Below, piece after piece: positions 1 to 13,860 of a stretch of 64,000 nt of DNA. The stretch comes from Heteronotia binoei (lineage: Eukaryota). Position numbers and translations under genes: made by a program. The stretch is taken from positions 87,544,001 to 87,608,000 of the forward strand of contig NC_083229.1 of assembly GCF_032191835.1 (NCBI RefSeq). The letters run 5' to 3'. The number at the start of each line of letters is the position of its first letter. Within the stretch, counting starts at the first letter, position 1. The notes beneath the pieces were generated by a model that saw only the letters and a list, made by a program, of their open reading frames with translations, searched no databases and was not told the origin of the DNA.

Positions 1-1782
1 AAATATTCAAGGCAGCCACATGGTCTTCTTCAATTTTAATATTCGTTAAGACACTACAAACCTAGCTCCTTTTCCTTGGCCAATGCCACCTTCAGACATA
101 AAGTGCCGCAGCATGTGGCGGATGGTGTAGTTAATTCCCACCCATCACTTGGGACACTGCTATTGGAAGTTGCATATCAAGATGCTCTCTTCCTCAGAGT
201 GAGAATGGAACTTTGGATATTCACCAAGAGGATTTGTTCTGGTCTTAGGTACGTCCCCCAAGAAAAGAGAGAGAGATAAAGACAGAAAAGGAAGAAAAGA
301 GAAGTATCAGAAGCAAAGTCCTGAGACTTATCTATCCTATGTACTCAGGTGATGGGGGGAGGTGCTTGCTTACTATAGCCTTCCTCATATTGTTCCTCTG
401 GTTAACAACAATTTTGATTCTAAAAATCAGTTGTTCTGGTTGTTATTTTATGTCTGTTCTGCTTTTTCCTGTCCTTGAATTCATTAGCTGTGAAGTAACC
501 AAACTGAGCTGGGGATGACTCCCCCCTCCCCCGGTGACAGAAAGTTGTTAAAGTTGGTCCTGCATCTCTGAATATATGGGACTCACCCATATCAAGATGC
601 CCTCCTAACCTCAGAACAGAAGGAACCCTCTTGGTGGATATCCAGGATCCCATTTTGATAGATATGCAGATAGTTTAAAGGTGAGAGTGAGGATTGGTGC
701 AGTGGCTGCAGGTGTCACAAAGGCACTATTTCCTTGAATCAAGAGAAGATAGTTCTGTACAGTTCCTAGTTAAAAGCAGTGTTTGATGGCTCTTTCCCAG
801 GTTAAAGACTGTAAGGTCTTAAGAGTCTTTTCTCTTCCTTTTCATCTTTCAGTCTTCTCTCCAGGCAGTGGCAAAGTAGTTTAAAAGAAAGCAGGCTCAG
901 GGAGATGTGAAGAAATCAAAGAATATTTCCTTGTGTATTTTTCCACTGAAGCAGCATACAGAATTAAAATTTTCAGTAACATTAGGATCTGAAATACTTT
1001 CATGGATTTGTTTTGTCCCAATTCTCCTTGCTTGGAATTTTGTTAAGCCTCTTATTCATCCAATTTGGTGAGTGAACTTGGTTTATCAGTTAGTGGAGCG
1101 AGGATGCTGGATAGGTCCAAACAGAGGAGGTTTTAACTGAGGCGTAAATTTGGCGGTAGGCTTTTTTTGAAGTCTGTGGTATGGGTTGTGATTCTGAAGG
1201 GAGGGGAGATAAATACTGGCTGCTCTCCACTACCTCTCAAACATGGCTGGCTGTAAAGGCCTACTCTTATGTTACAAAGTTTACATGGCTGGTTGATCTG
1301 CATAGTCTGGGAACTCCCTGCATGGAACTCTTGATTGGGAGCACAGTGTGCATGGAGACGGGGTGGAAGTCCTCTTGCTACCCTAGGGTACCATTTTGCC
1401 AGCATGAAATACCTTAAGCAGCTGGTGTTTGCATCATTGAGGAAACTTTTTTCTGAGTAATTGACAGTGTGTGTATCTTTTCCCAGCAAGGCAAATAACT
1501 GCTCTCCCTGGATGTTTCAGGTTGGCATAACTGCATGGGAAAACATAATCCCCCTTTTATGCCTTGCAGTCCCAATCCAAGTTGGAACACTTGGTGCCAG
1601 AGTTGACTTCCTAGTGCTGTTTGATTGAAAGTTCTTCCGGCAACCGTAAGAATGTTGTCACGTATGAATTGGACCTGAAGGTTACCTGCTAATCTGTGGC
1701 TCAACTATAAAGCCTGTTTTTGATAAAAGAGATATCTAATGAATACATTAGTTACTAAAGATATAACTTTTAAAACTTTCAG

Positions 1783-1935
1783 GTCCTTTTACAGATGTAG
1801 TCACCACAAATCTTAAACTACGAAATCCATCTGACAGAAAAGTATGTTTTAAAGTGAAAACTACAGCACCTCGTCGATACTGTGTGAGGCCGAACAGTGG
1901 AATTATTGATCCAGGATCATCTGTAACTGTGTCAG
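1783..1935 (+). CDS. VAPA: VAMP-associated protein A, coding exon 2 (MSP domain)
   Basis: tttcag|GT...TCAG|gtaac; 153 nt; (G)[50 protein letters not shown] matches the VAPA MSP domain (recalled sequence); exon 1 is outside the window. Confidence 0.97.
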
Positions 1936-2304
1936 GTAACAACTCTGGACAGTTTTGTTATTGTGGTTTGGTTACTTTTGGTTTGAATTGGTTATTTTTG
2001 TTTCTATCAGTTTTTTCTTTGGCTGCAGAAGCTATAAAAAGGAAGTGAATGATTAAGTGAAACTTTCGTTAATACAGGTAGTTGTTGAGGTATAGTGAAT
2101 AAGCGGAGTTCCACATCATTATTTTCCTTTAAAAAACAAATCTGCTTTGTGCATATTATAGCTCATACTGGTCATAGTACAAAAACAATTAAATGAAGTG
2201 TTTGCACAGAAGATAAAGGCCCCCCCCCCCAAAGGGCCATTTGGTGATAATATCTTTTGTTGTTCAGAGTCCTTAAATGTGAAAATTTGGCCTATAGTTT
2301 ATTT

Positions 2305-4000
2305 TTGTTGATTTATAGGCTGCCCTTTCTCTTAATGGGCTCAGGGCGGCTTCCAGCGTAGTAGAATAATCAAACCAATTTAACACCATTAAAACAGTTA
2401 AAATTAAACAATTTAGCCATGGCTCACATTAGGTCAGGTGGCCTAAGCAGATTGATTAGGCATCCTTGTCCCAACCTATATTGGTCTCAGAGAATCAGTA
2501 CAGTGAATCAGTACAGTGCAATCCGTGCAGAGGGCCCATTTAAATGATAGGATGCCCGTCTGCCTCAGCCATAGGCCCGGTGGAACAACTCCATCTTACA
2601 GGCCCTCTGGAATGGTAGCAAATCCCGGAGGGCCCGAATCTCCATCGGGAGCTGGTTCCACGAGGTCGGGGCCAGGGCCGAGAAAGCCCTGGCTCTGGTT
2701 GAGGCAAGCTGGATGTCCCTTGGGCCAGGGATGGCCAGAAGATGCTAACTGGCTGATTGTAGCGACCTCCGTGGCTCATATGGGGAGAGACGGTCCTGCA
2801 GGTATGCCGGTCCCAGGCTGTGTAAGGCTTTGAAAGTCAATACTTAAACCTTAAAGCGGATCCTGTACTCAGTTGGTAGCACAGCATCAGCCGACTGCTT
2901 GCCCTTAAAGGTGATTCAGACAGTAATTGTGCTGCCGCATTCTGCACCAGCTGGAGCTTCCGGATAAGCCTCAAGGGCAAGCCTGTGTAGAGTGAGTTAC
3001 AGTAGTCTAACCTGGAAGTGACTGTTGCATGGATCACTGTAGCTAAGTCCTGAGGGACCAAATAGGGTGCTAGTTGTTTGGCCTGCCGAAGATGGTAAAA
3101 GGCAGATCGTGCAGCAGCTGTGACTTGGGCCTCTATAGAAAGGGTGGCATCCAGTATCACACCCAAGCTCCTCACCTTCTGGGTTGGTACAAGAGATGTG
3201 CCATCCAGGGTGGGAAACTGGATCCCCGATCTTAGTCCCCCCTGAGCCAAGTACAGGACCTCTGTCTTAGTTGGATTAAGCTTCAGCTGGCTCAATTGTA
3301 GCCAATCGGCCGCTGCTTCCAGCGCTCTGGTTAGATGGTCTGGGGCAGAGTCTGGATGGTCGTCCATCAACAGATTGAGCTAGGTGTCATCTGCATACTG
3401 GTGACAATCCAGCCCAAAACCTCTGGCATTCTGGGCAGGGGGGTGCATATAGATGTTAAACATTATCGGTGACAGAATAGCTCCCTGTGGCACACCGCAC
3501 TCTAGTGAGTGACACAGGGAGGTCTGATTGCCACCCTTTGTCCCCAACCATGGAGGAAAACCACTGTAAGGCAGGCCCCTGGACTCCAATGTCGGCAAGG
3601 TGGTGGGTCATTAGATCATAGTCGATCGTGTCAAACGCTGCAGAGAGATCTAAAAGTAATAGCAGTGCTGACCCGTCTTGATCCAGATGCCTTCTAAGCT
3701 CATCTATGAGGGCAACCAAAGCAGTCTCCACCCCATGACCAGGACGGAAGCTAGACTGTAAGGGATCGAGGACAGATGTATCTTCCAGGAAAGCCTGAAA
3801 CTGCTCCACCACCGCTTTCTTAATTATCTTGCCCAGAAACAGTAAACTCGAGACTGGGCGATAATTGGCTAGGACCAAAGGGTCCAAAGTTGGTTTCTTC
3901 AAAAGTGGGCGAACCACTGTCTCTTTGAGCTTAAGTTCATAATTTGTATTTGCTAAACCACAAGATGGCTCCACCAACCTTTTGTTTCTCCTCAGCATAA
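2305..4000 (-). mobile_element. L2/CR1-group LINE, 5'-truncated, decayed RT
   Basis: ORF fragments NYRPVSSLLFLGK, LLDLSAAFDTID, GVPQGAILSP, HQYADDT, LKLNPTKTE, DYCNSLYTGLP spread over shifting frames; 3' tail near 2310. Confidence 0.9.
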
Positions 4001-4173
4001 GGAAAGAAATGCTTTAACCCTTGGGTACTGAAGAACTGTAGCTGTTACTAATTAAAAAAAAAAGTTACAGCTGCTCATTCAGTTGTTTTTTAAGTTTGAT
4101 GGATTCTTCCCCCTCCTCAGTTTAAAATATAGAAATGAATATTATCCAAAGAATACTTATGCATAGTAACAGC

Positions 4174-4545
4174 AGGTCCTGACCTGGATGGCTCAGGCTA
4201 GCCTGATTTCAGAAGCTAAGCAGGGTCAGCCCTAAGTAGTATTTGGATAGAAGACCACCAATACTCCCTCTAAGCTGTGGAGTCTTGTGAGCAAAAATTC
4301 TATTTCATGAGCTACTGGCATTAAAGTTGTGAGCTACTGCATAAATTAGTTGACTTTGGGGTCATTTTTCCTGAGCTAAGACAAAAATGTGTGAGCTGGA
4401 GACTAAAAAACTGAGCTAGCTCACACAAACTCATGTTAGAGCAAACACTGGAGATCACCAAGGAAATCCAGGATTGCTACATAGAGGCAGGCAATGGCAA
4501 ACCACCTCTGAACATCTCTTGCCTTGAAAACTGTAAGTCAGCTGC
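4174..4545 (+). mobile_element. 5S rRNA-derived SINE (SINE3-type), interrupted by a MITE
   Basis: agaagctaagcagggtcagccc...gtatttggatagaagacc resembles the 5S internal promoter region; body resumes after 4450 (ggcaatggcaaaccacctctg). Confidence 0.7.
4259..4450. mobile_element. hAT MITE (~190 bp) nested in the SINE
   Basis: imperfect TIRs caatactccctctaag / ttagagcaaacactg; TSD aagaccac/gagatcac (6/8); same family as 21713-21906. Confidence 0.8.
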
Positions 4546-7090
4546 AGCTTGGTGGAACTTTTCACCACCAACAGTGACAGCATACCAAGAAGGAGGAAGT
4601 GCTAGAAACACCAATAAAAATGACCATTGCATCATTGTACTATGAAGAGGGGAAGGAAAACTGCAGTATAGAAAGGGAAATGAAATTTAAACGCCTTCAT
4701 TTTCAGGGTAGCTGAAACTTTGTCTGGATTCACAACTCTGGCCTATCCTGGCACCCCAGTTACAATGTGTAATGGATGGGGTTTGCTTTAAAGGCTCCCT
4801 CCCCACACTGTAGCTGAGGCTTTGGTCTACATTTAATCTAGACCCAAGTCAAGTCTTCCTTTCTCATGCTTTAATCAATTTCCTTTGTGATGAATGCCAT
4901 GAGCTGTGGATCTGGCCCTCAGTTGTAATAAAGCTGAGTATCCAGCCTCTGAAGACCCTGACAAGAGTGTATGGAGGTGTTCAGACACATCCACATCAGT
5001 GCTATAAAGAGGCTTATTTCAGTGCTGGAACTGGAAAGTGAGGAAGTTTAAACTGTCAGTTTTGTGTGACTGTGTGAGAGAGGAAGAAAGAATAGTATAA
5101 GTGTGGGGAGAAAGTGACAACATGGAAGAAGAGCATGTTTTCTCAGGTAGCAGAAAGACTTTTGTCTGTCTTTGACATTTCAGAGCTATCATCATTCATA
5201 ATGCACAATGCTGAATTACAAGGACTAATACAGCTTTCTTCAAAATGGTACTCAGTACCCCTTGGTGTCCATGGGGATATCCAGCGGTTCAGAAAGAACT
5301 GAGGGAAAGACCCTTACTCCCATTCAGCTTCTGTGAATATGCAGCATTCTCAGCTTTCTATGAATGCAGGCAATGAGCTCTCTCTCCACCTGAACCAAAA
5401 GGGATGGAATTAGTTTTCCTGTCTTCTGAAGGGCAGGGGTTCAGAGCCACCATTATCTCTAGTTACCTATTATTTCTGTCACCTCAAAACACTAGCTGGA
5501 AACCACACTGATTGGTTGCCAGTATCCATTAGTTCAACCCTAGTAATTGAAATCAGGGAGATGCAGTTGTCATGGTTACTTCTGATGGAAAGTTGAACTT
5601 GTCACTTTATTTTTATTTTATAAAATATTTTGCCATAGAGGCAGAGATGTTACTTTCCATATCCATCGCATATCTAATTCTGAATATGACCATGGAATAT
5701 GGATAAAAAATCACTGGCAAAATTGAACTGAAGGTGGGATTTCTCTACACACCTGAAGAATGCCCCAGATTTGCAGAGAAATGTGATATACTATATTAAT
5801 ACATGTAATTCTCAACATGGCTCCATCTGTGATATTTAAATTCAGAGAATGGCACCATGAACAGACAAGACAGGTCTTTATACAAACCTGAAAAATGCCC
5901 CATTGGCAGAGACATATAGGAGCTGCCAGGAGGAGAGAAAGAAGAAACAGTATGATGAAGGTGATACAGAAAAAAATGAGGTACCACCTCACAGGTCCTC
6001 TCAGGTACCCCAAAGTGCAACTAGGCCCAGGCCTGTTGAATAACACCATATAACTGGTCCAGTGACTGGCACTAAACAACTTGTCTAAAGTTTTCCCAGA
6101 TGCCAGGAGGGAAGGAAAGCTAAAGATTGGGGGCGGGGGTGCAGATAAAGGTAGGTTGACTGGTGGATGGGGAGAAGCCAGGAAAAGGGTGAGTCTACAG
6201 GAGCTTTCAGGAAAGGAAAAGAGGAAATAGGAAGAAAATGAGATGTCCCCTGCAGGTCTTTGCAGCTCTCTTGCTTGGGTTTTATATAATCTGCAGCTGT
6301 GCTCTCCATCTGTGTTACCTAATGTGGTTGCTTTGGTGGATTGGAGATTTGCAGAATCATGTACCAGCTGTAAACCTTAGATGACCAGATCATTTGTGTG
6401 TCTATAAGAAAATATTAGAAGCTCTTCATGTGTTGAATGTCTAACATTTGCTACATTTTTGCTGTAGTGATAGAGTACTGTGGTTTTTATGGATAATAGG
6501 TAGAAGCTAATTGACTGTGTATGTGATTTAGAAAATAGAGTCTGTTTCTTTCTGATCGCTTTATTTACTGCATCAGTATGCTTAAGCAATCTTCTTTCCT
6601 AATCATCTTTCATGCATGTCTAAATCTGCTACAGTGCTCTTACGTTAAAAACAGCAAAAAATAACTTGTGGATGCTTTGTTCTGTGGTTTTTTTGAGTGT
6701 TGATACCATACTTCAACTCCTCAACAGAATATTTCTGAATGGTGATAGTAAAATGATTCTTCATAGGATAAAACAGACAAAAAGTCAGGTTCTAGAATTC
6801 TAAAAGAAAGTTCACCAATTCCATCCTTAAACATAGTTCACTTTTACCCTCCTTTCAGAGTACATATTGCATTCTTTCCAGGGAGAAAAAGAAAATAAGC
6901 CCTTTGAACATTTTCCATGGGAGGTAAGGATGGAAGAGACCTTGACTGACATAAGGTTGCTTAGAGATAAGCAGGTCAAATAACAGGTTTTTGAGCAAGG
7001 ATGGGAGGTAGGAAGCAACCTAAAATATTGTAGATCAGCCTTAGTTTCACAAATCAAAAGTCATTGTAAGAATTTTAAATCTTTGCTTAA

Positions 7091-7161
7091 CTGTTATAAC
7101 TTCACTGTTATAACTTCACTGTTATAACTTCACTGTTATAACTTCACTGTTATAACTTCAC
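7091..7161. repeat. 14-bp tandem repeat x5 (ctgttataacttca)
   Basis: perfect units starting at 7091, 7105, 7119, 7133 and 7147. Confidence 0.95.
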
Positions 7162-7220
7162 CACTTATATAAAAATCTGTTGCCTGTCTCTCCATAATAA
7201 ATATTTTCTCTGTTGTACAG

Positions 7221-7324
7221 TGATGTTACAGCCCTTTGATTATGATCCAAATGAGAAGAGTAAACACAAGTTTATGGTACAGACAATCTTTGCTCCACCA
7301 AACATTAACGATATGGAAGCTGTG
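7221..7324 (+). CDS. VAPA: VAPA coding exon 3
   Basis: gtacag|TG...GTG|gtaagt; 104 nt; (V)[34 protein letters not shown]; phase compatible with exon 2. Confidence 0.97.
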
Positions 7325-8039
7325 GTAAGTAAATTCTGTTACAGAATTTATAGGCTAGTGAGCTGAATTGTGGGTTTCTTATTAATATGGCCACAGGATA
7401 TGGTTTTGCTCATTTCATTTGGATGGAAAGAGGTAACTGAAATATGAGGCAGTGGACAGAGCTGGGCCACCTAGTGGAAGAGAGGAAAGAAGGGCTTAGG
7501 AAAAGTTAGGTGTGACTGGCATTCATCCCTGCAGCTTGGTTACAACCCACCTCTGAAACCCTTCAGGAGTTACTGTAGTGATATTCAGGCAAGTAGACCC
7601 ATACCTTTTCCTTTGGCTAGTCAGTTATGATATCATTATTCTTCTGCCAACAGTAGCTATATGCAGACATGGAGCTGTTCAGTCTGGTGTCTTGTTTTCT
7701 CCCCTTTGTTCTTTATCAAGTGATAATGTTGAAGTTTTTATTCTGTAGAGCAAGGTAAAAGCCCCTCTTCCTAGAATAGGAACATGCTAATCAAATTTCT
7801 TCCTTGAGTGCCTTTTCCAAATAAGAATATTCATAGGTAAAATCTTTATTTGTTATCTACTAATACTAATGTGCTTGAGGCCAGCTAGTGAATTTGATGT
7901 TTGGGCCTGAGTTTTGTATTTCCAAATCTGACAGAACTACCTTTGGCAGAGGCTCTTAAACACTGTATCAGACAAAATTGTTATATGAATGAATATGAAG
8001 GCTAAAGCAATTAATTGTAATGATTTTTCACTTTTGTAG

Positions 8040-8120
8040 TGGAAGGAGGCAAAACCTGATGAATTAATGGACTCCAAATTGAGATGTGTATTTGAAATGC
8101 CGAATGAAAATGATAAGATG
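8040..8120 (+). CDS. VAPA: VAPA coding exon 4
   Basis: ttgtag|TGG...ATG|gtaagt; 81 nt; WKEAKPDELMDSKLRCVFEMPNENDKM. Confidence 0.97.
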
Positions 8121-8790
8121 GTAAGTTAAAAAAAATAACAATATTAACTTAATATCTAAATCTCTTGAATTCTCTAGGAATTTGCTGCTTGGTTTTTTTT
8201 TTAAACGTGAAAGAGATATATATTTATATCGAATGTTAAAATGTAGAGATATGGAACCAAGCCTCAATAGTGTGCGGAAAGCTTTGTATTTTTACTTAGC
8301 ACATAAACATTTTATTTTTTATCCATCTTTGTTGCACTTCTTAATCAGCAGGTACCATATGAAATTGGGCAGGGGCTGTTGCGTGCTTGGTCTGTTCTCA
8401 GCCAGTATTGTCTTGGAAGTAGCTTTGGAACCAAACTTCAGTCCATTGTGAATGCAGGTTAGCTACAAATGTAGGCTGTTTCTCAGTTGATGAGCAAAGA
8501 TAGGACAGCGGGCATGATATTTAACTCTATGTGTGGTATAACTTGAAGTGGTGGTATTGAATCGCTTGGAAAAGAACATACAATCCTTCAGGAATGGTGG
8601 TAGTTCTAAAGATAATAACAATATGGTAATTTGATTATGTTCGTAAGTGTACATTTATTTTGTAGTAGAGGAGATCCTGCAGTACTTCATGTTGTTAATA
8701 ACTGTTGGAACTGTTTCAGTAAGTTATGCTATTTGACCATGAAACAGAACAGGACAATCAGTAAAGGAAAGCATGGACTGTGTATGCTTG

Positions 8791-11700
8791 CATTTTAAAA
8801 CAGTTCTCTTTAGTACTATGACACGTCGAAAGCTTCATAGTTTCCAACTGTATTTCTTTATTTACATTAATTGCCCACTTAATCATTTGAGGTTTCACTA
8901 CTTCATCTTCCATAGACCATTTTAAAAGTAATTTATATAATTTTGAAATTAATTTATATAATTTTGAAATTAATTTTTCGTTGTCTCCAAGCAGAACTTT
9001 TTCCATTTCTGTTTGCTCTTTTCTTATTCCTTCAGTTTTAATGTCATTCTCCACCAAGCTCTTTATTTGTTGCATTTGAAACCAATCATATTTATTATTC
9101 AACTCTTCAGCAGTTTTCAATTCTATTTTGCCACTTTGTATTTTTAATAGTTGGTTATATGACAACCATTTTCTTCAACCTTCTCAGCTGTTATTTTTAT
9201 CACTTTGGCTGGCAGTATCCATAACGGTTTTCTCTCATCTCCATATTTCTTATATTTCATCCATGTATTTAGCAAGCTGTTTCTTATATAATGGTGAGAG
9301 AAAAAGCCATCTATCTTTTTCCCCCCATAATACATATAAGTGGGCCAGCCAAATTTATTTCCATGACCTTCCAACGCTAAGAGTTTTTTGTTTAACAACA
9401 TTATCCATTCTTTTATCCATACTAAGCAAACTGCTTCATGATATAATTTTAAGTCTGGTAATTGAAATTCGCCTCTCTCTTTTGCATCTGTTAAAATTTT
9501 CATTTTAATTCTTGGTTTCTTCCCCGCCCACACAAACTCTGAAATTTTTCTTTGCCATCTATTAAATTGTTTACTGTCTTTCACAATCGGAATAGTTTGA
9601 AACAAATACATTATTCTTGGTAGAATATTCAATTTAATTGCGGCTATTCTACCCAATAGTGACAAATTAAGTTTATTCCACTTTAACATATCTTCATCCA
9701 TTCTACGCCATAGCTTCTCATAATTATTTTTGAACAAATATATATTCTTCATTGTTATCTCCACACCCAAATATTTTACCTTGGAGGTAACTTCACAGCC
9801 CATTAGTCTCTGCAATTCTTGTTGCATATTTATTTGCATATTTTTACATAGAAGTTTTGATTTTTCTTTATTAATAGTCCCGCCAACTCCCCATATTCTT
9901 GTATTTTGGCTAACAACAAAGGTGTGACTTGTATGGGGTTTTCATTTATAAACATTATATCATCTGCAAATGCTCTGTATTTCTAAGTAAATCCTTTTAC
10001 TTTTAATTCTTCTATTTCTTTTTCTTCTTGAATTTGCATCAGTAATATTTCAAGAGTCATTATAAACAACAGTGGGGAAAGTGGACAGCCTTGTCTTGTA
10101 CCTTTACTAATTATCATGCCTTCTGTAAGATCAGCATTTATACATAGCCTTGCACGTTGTTCAGTATATATTGCTTTTATCATTCTTATAAAGCTTTCTC
10201 CCAGCTCCATTTTCTCCATTACTGCAAATATAAAATCCCAATTTAAATTGTCAAATGCTTTCTCTGCGTCCGCAAAGAATAATGCTACTTCCTTTTCTGG
10301 ATGTCTTTCGTAATATTTACAATATTTACAACAATTCTGATATTGTCTCTTATTTGCCTTTTGGGAAATAACCCCACTTGATCTTCCTTTATATAGTTTA
10401 TCAAATATTGTTTAAACCGTTCTGCCAAGATTCTTGTATATATTTTATAGTCATTATTTAATAATGAAATTGATCTATAATTTTTACATTCATAACATCT
10501 CTATCTTCCTTTCTATTCAACGAAATAACAGCTTCCTTCCACGTATTTGGTATTTTCCCTTTTGTTCTTATCATATTCATCAATTTCTGAAGTTTCGGGA
10601 TTAACTCCTCTTTGAGGGTTTTAAAAAATTTAACTGTATATCCATCTGGCCCAGGTGCTTTTCCATTTTCCATTGCATTAATTGCTGCTTCAATTTCTAT
10701 TTTTTCAATTGGATCGTTCAAAATTTTTTGCATATTTTCTGCTAAGGGTGCTATTTTTATCTTTTGTAAGTACTCATCCATCTTTTCTTTCCTTATTTCA
10801 ACACCTTTAAATAACTTGGCATAATACTTAAAGAATTCTCTTTTTATTCCTTCTTGATCTACCACCTCTTTTCCATCCACCACAATTTTATTAATAAATT
10901 TACTTTCTCTCTTTTTCTTCAGTTGCCAGGCCAAATATTTTCCGGGTTTGTTTGCTCCCTCAAAAGATTTCTGCTGCAATCTTTTCAAATTCCATTCCAG
11001 TTCTTTATTTAACAAATGTCTCATTTGCGTTTGTAATATTGTAATCTCCCTTATCATTTTCTTTTTCCCTGGCCTTTTTCTCAGTTCCCCTTCTTTTTTC
11101 TTTATTTCATTTTGAATATCCAACATCTGTTTTTCTTTTGCCCTCTTGTCTTTGTTATTCAATGTAATTAATATTCCTCTCATTACTGCTTTATAAGCAT
11201 CTCAGACCGTCTGAAATTCTATATCCTGTTTATCGTTTATTTGGAAGAAAGCTTTAGTTTCATTTTCTAAGATGTCACTATTTCTTTATTCTGTAGTAAA
11301 TCTTCATTCAATCTCCATCTTCTCAATTTCTTAGACGATTTTGTAATCCACATTATTGGGTTATGGTCAGCCCCAATTTTAGGTAAAATCTCTATTTTCT
11401 TTGTTATAAGGCCTAAGTCTTTAGTGCCCCACAACATGTCAATTCTGGAAAGTTTTATGTTTTGCTGAAAAAAGGTAAAGTCCCGCACTTCAGGATTAAA
11501 TTTCTTTCATATATCCTCCAAATTTTCTTGTTTGACCAATTCAAAAAAAGACTTTGGCAATTTTCCTTCCTTATTATTTTTCCCCCCAGACCTATCCAGT
11601 GTGTTCTTAATTGTTCCATTAAAGTCCCCCATTATCAAAACTTGGTCATAAGTCAGTTCATCAAATTGTTGTATAATGTCTTCAAAAAAAGCATCCTTTG

Positions 11701-13860
11701 CACCATTTGGTGCATACAGTACCAATAACAATGGTTTTTTTTGCATTTAATATTATTTCTACTTCTACAAATCTTCCATCTTTATCTCTAAACACTAATT
11801 TCGGCTTCAATTCTTGTTTAATATAGAAAATCACTCCCCTTTTCTTCTGTTCAGCCAATGAATAAAATTCTAGTCCCAGTTGTTTATTCCATAAAAATTT
11901 GTAATCCTTTTGTTTGATATGCACCTCTTGTAAACAAACTATATTACAATTTTGCTTTTTAATCCAATGAAACGTTGCCTTTCTTTTTTGTGGTGAATTT
12001 AGTCCATTTACATTTAGATAATAATTTGTAATCCATCATGGTTTAAATTCTTTATGTTCTTCATAAAACCTACGCAGTTCCTGTGTGCTTGTAATTGTAA
12101 TCCTTTTTCCTTGCAGCTCAAAGCTCAGACCTTCAGGTATTATCCATCTATACCTCATTTCATTGTCACGTAGTTTTTCTGTCAATTTTTTGTATGCTTT
12201 TCTGTCATTTATCACTTGTATTGGCAATTCTTTCATGATTCTTACTCTGCTGCCTCCCACTATCAATGGCTTTTCAAAATTTTTATTCAAGATTTTTCCC
12301 ACCATTTCTTTTGTCATTTATCTTATAACCACATCTCTTGGTAGATTATTTTTCTTGACATATAGTGAGTTCACTCTATACATATAGTCATACATGCTTC
12401 TAGTTCCTTCAGGATCTTCCTTCAAAAATTCTGCAATTATTCTTATATATCCTTTCAAATCAGTCTCTTCATCCTCAGGTTCTCCTCTCAGACGTATCTG
12501 GGTTTCCATCAATTTGCAGTCATGAATTGCCACCTTTTCTTGCATTTTTAGCAAGGTGGAATCATGTACTTTCACTCTCTCTTCCACCTCTTGCACTTTC
12601 TTTGATGTTACCACAGTCTCATTTCTGAGATCTTCTATATCTTTCCTTAGCTCTTCAATGTCTTTTCTAATTTCTTTTTTAGAAGCAGTTATCATGTCTC
12701 TCACGCCTTTAATCATCCTGGCTTCCATTGCTTCTAATTGCTGTTGCATTTTCTCCATTGAGGCAGTCCTTGCACGGGTTAACTTATGCTCTGACATTTA
12801 AAAAAACACCGAAAATTTTGACCTATCCAAATTAAATTTAAACTATCAGGTTTGATAGAGTAAGGCTTGCCCTTTTCAATAAGCCTAATTTTGCCATCCT
12901 CAGAGCCTCCTGGGCATAGATATTAATTTTTGAAGTTTTTATTTCTTTCAAAATGGCGGTCATGACTTTCTGCTTCCCTTTAAAAAAAATTCCTTCAAAA
13001 GGCTTCTAAAATAATTATCAGCGATAATGTCCAATAATATTTACCTTATAATTGTCACCACTGTCAGCTTCACCAATTTCTAATGTCCTGAACGCTTTAA
13101 AAACTTTGTTTAAATTTTGACCGCCGATGTTTTTCTATGATATTATAGTCCTAGAGTAGGCTAGTTGCTTCAATGATATCCCTTTTCCATCCGACACTTC
13201 CTGCTTTTCTTGCCACCAAATCCCGTTTTCACTGGTAAAAAGATCTCGCGATGTTTGACATATTTCCTGTGTTGACTGTGAGAGCTGCAAATCTGTGACT
13301 ATGGGGCTTTTTCACCAAAACCGCAAGTAGACAAAACAATAAATTCCTTTTCACTTTTTAACACTGTCCTTTAAAGTTATAAAATTCAAATTTTGCCCCT
13401 TCTCCCCTTCTTTTTCCAAGCTTTCTGAATCTCTATGTCCCACCTTCTGATTTTATTTTGTTTAACTTTAAATAGTCCCGGAATGAAGATAGTCATCAGT
13501 ACCTTTTTCTGCAGTTATCCAGATCCAACACCGGTCTTGTATAGTTTTAGATGTTTAGCAGTCTCAAAGAAGGTTAGGATCCTGTCGAGCTTATGTCAAA
13601 TAAATGACTCTGGAAACTTCTGCAGATGATGAATATGTAACTCTTCTCTGGAGACCCCTCAAAGGAGCCCCCCCCCCCCAGGACTCCCTTTTAGCCAAGG
13701 TAAATCTCCTCAGAGTTTCCTGTGCATATCTTGAACTGATCTCTGACTGAGAAAAATAGGCAGTAGGCATTAAATTGCCCTCCACTACCTCGAACAGAAG
13801 CTCCAGTCTGCTCCCCTTTTGAGAAGCAATTCAGCTCGGCATTTTCCAACCCCAGAAGTC
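8791..13860 (-). mobile_element. L1-clade LINE with 5' UTR, ORF1 and ORF2; inactivated; 3' end missing
   Basis: ORF1 12797-12036 (coiled coil, LPRDVVIR; one disruption); ORF2 from 12039 with APE motifs (NVNGLN, LQEVH, GDFN, DHNPI) and RT motifs (KAPGPDG, DAEKAFD, GTRQGCPLSPLLF); multiple stops and frameshifts. Confidence 0.93.

Noticed and set aside
1-1720. Possible decayed retroelement ORFs (e.g. 1133-1489, 1414-1704)
   Set aside because: No RT, endonuclease, gag or transposase motif could be recognised in the frames I read; left unassigned pending a RepeatMasker/tBLASTx search
1783-8120. Conserved circVAPA (exons 2-4, 338 nt) driven by flanking inverted repeats
   Set aside because: Only ~1.8 kb of intron 1 is visible and I found no complementary repeat pair flanking these exons; no sequence support
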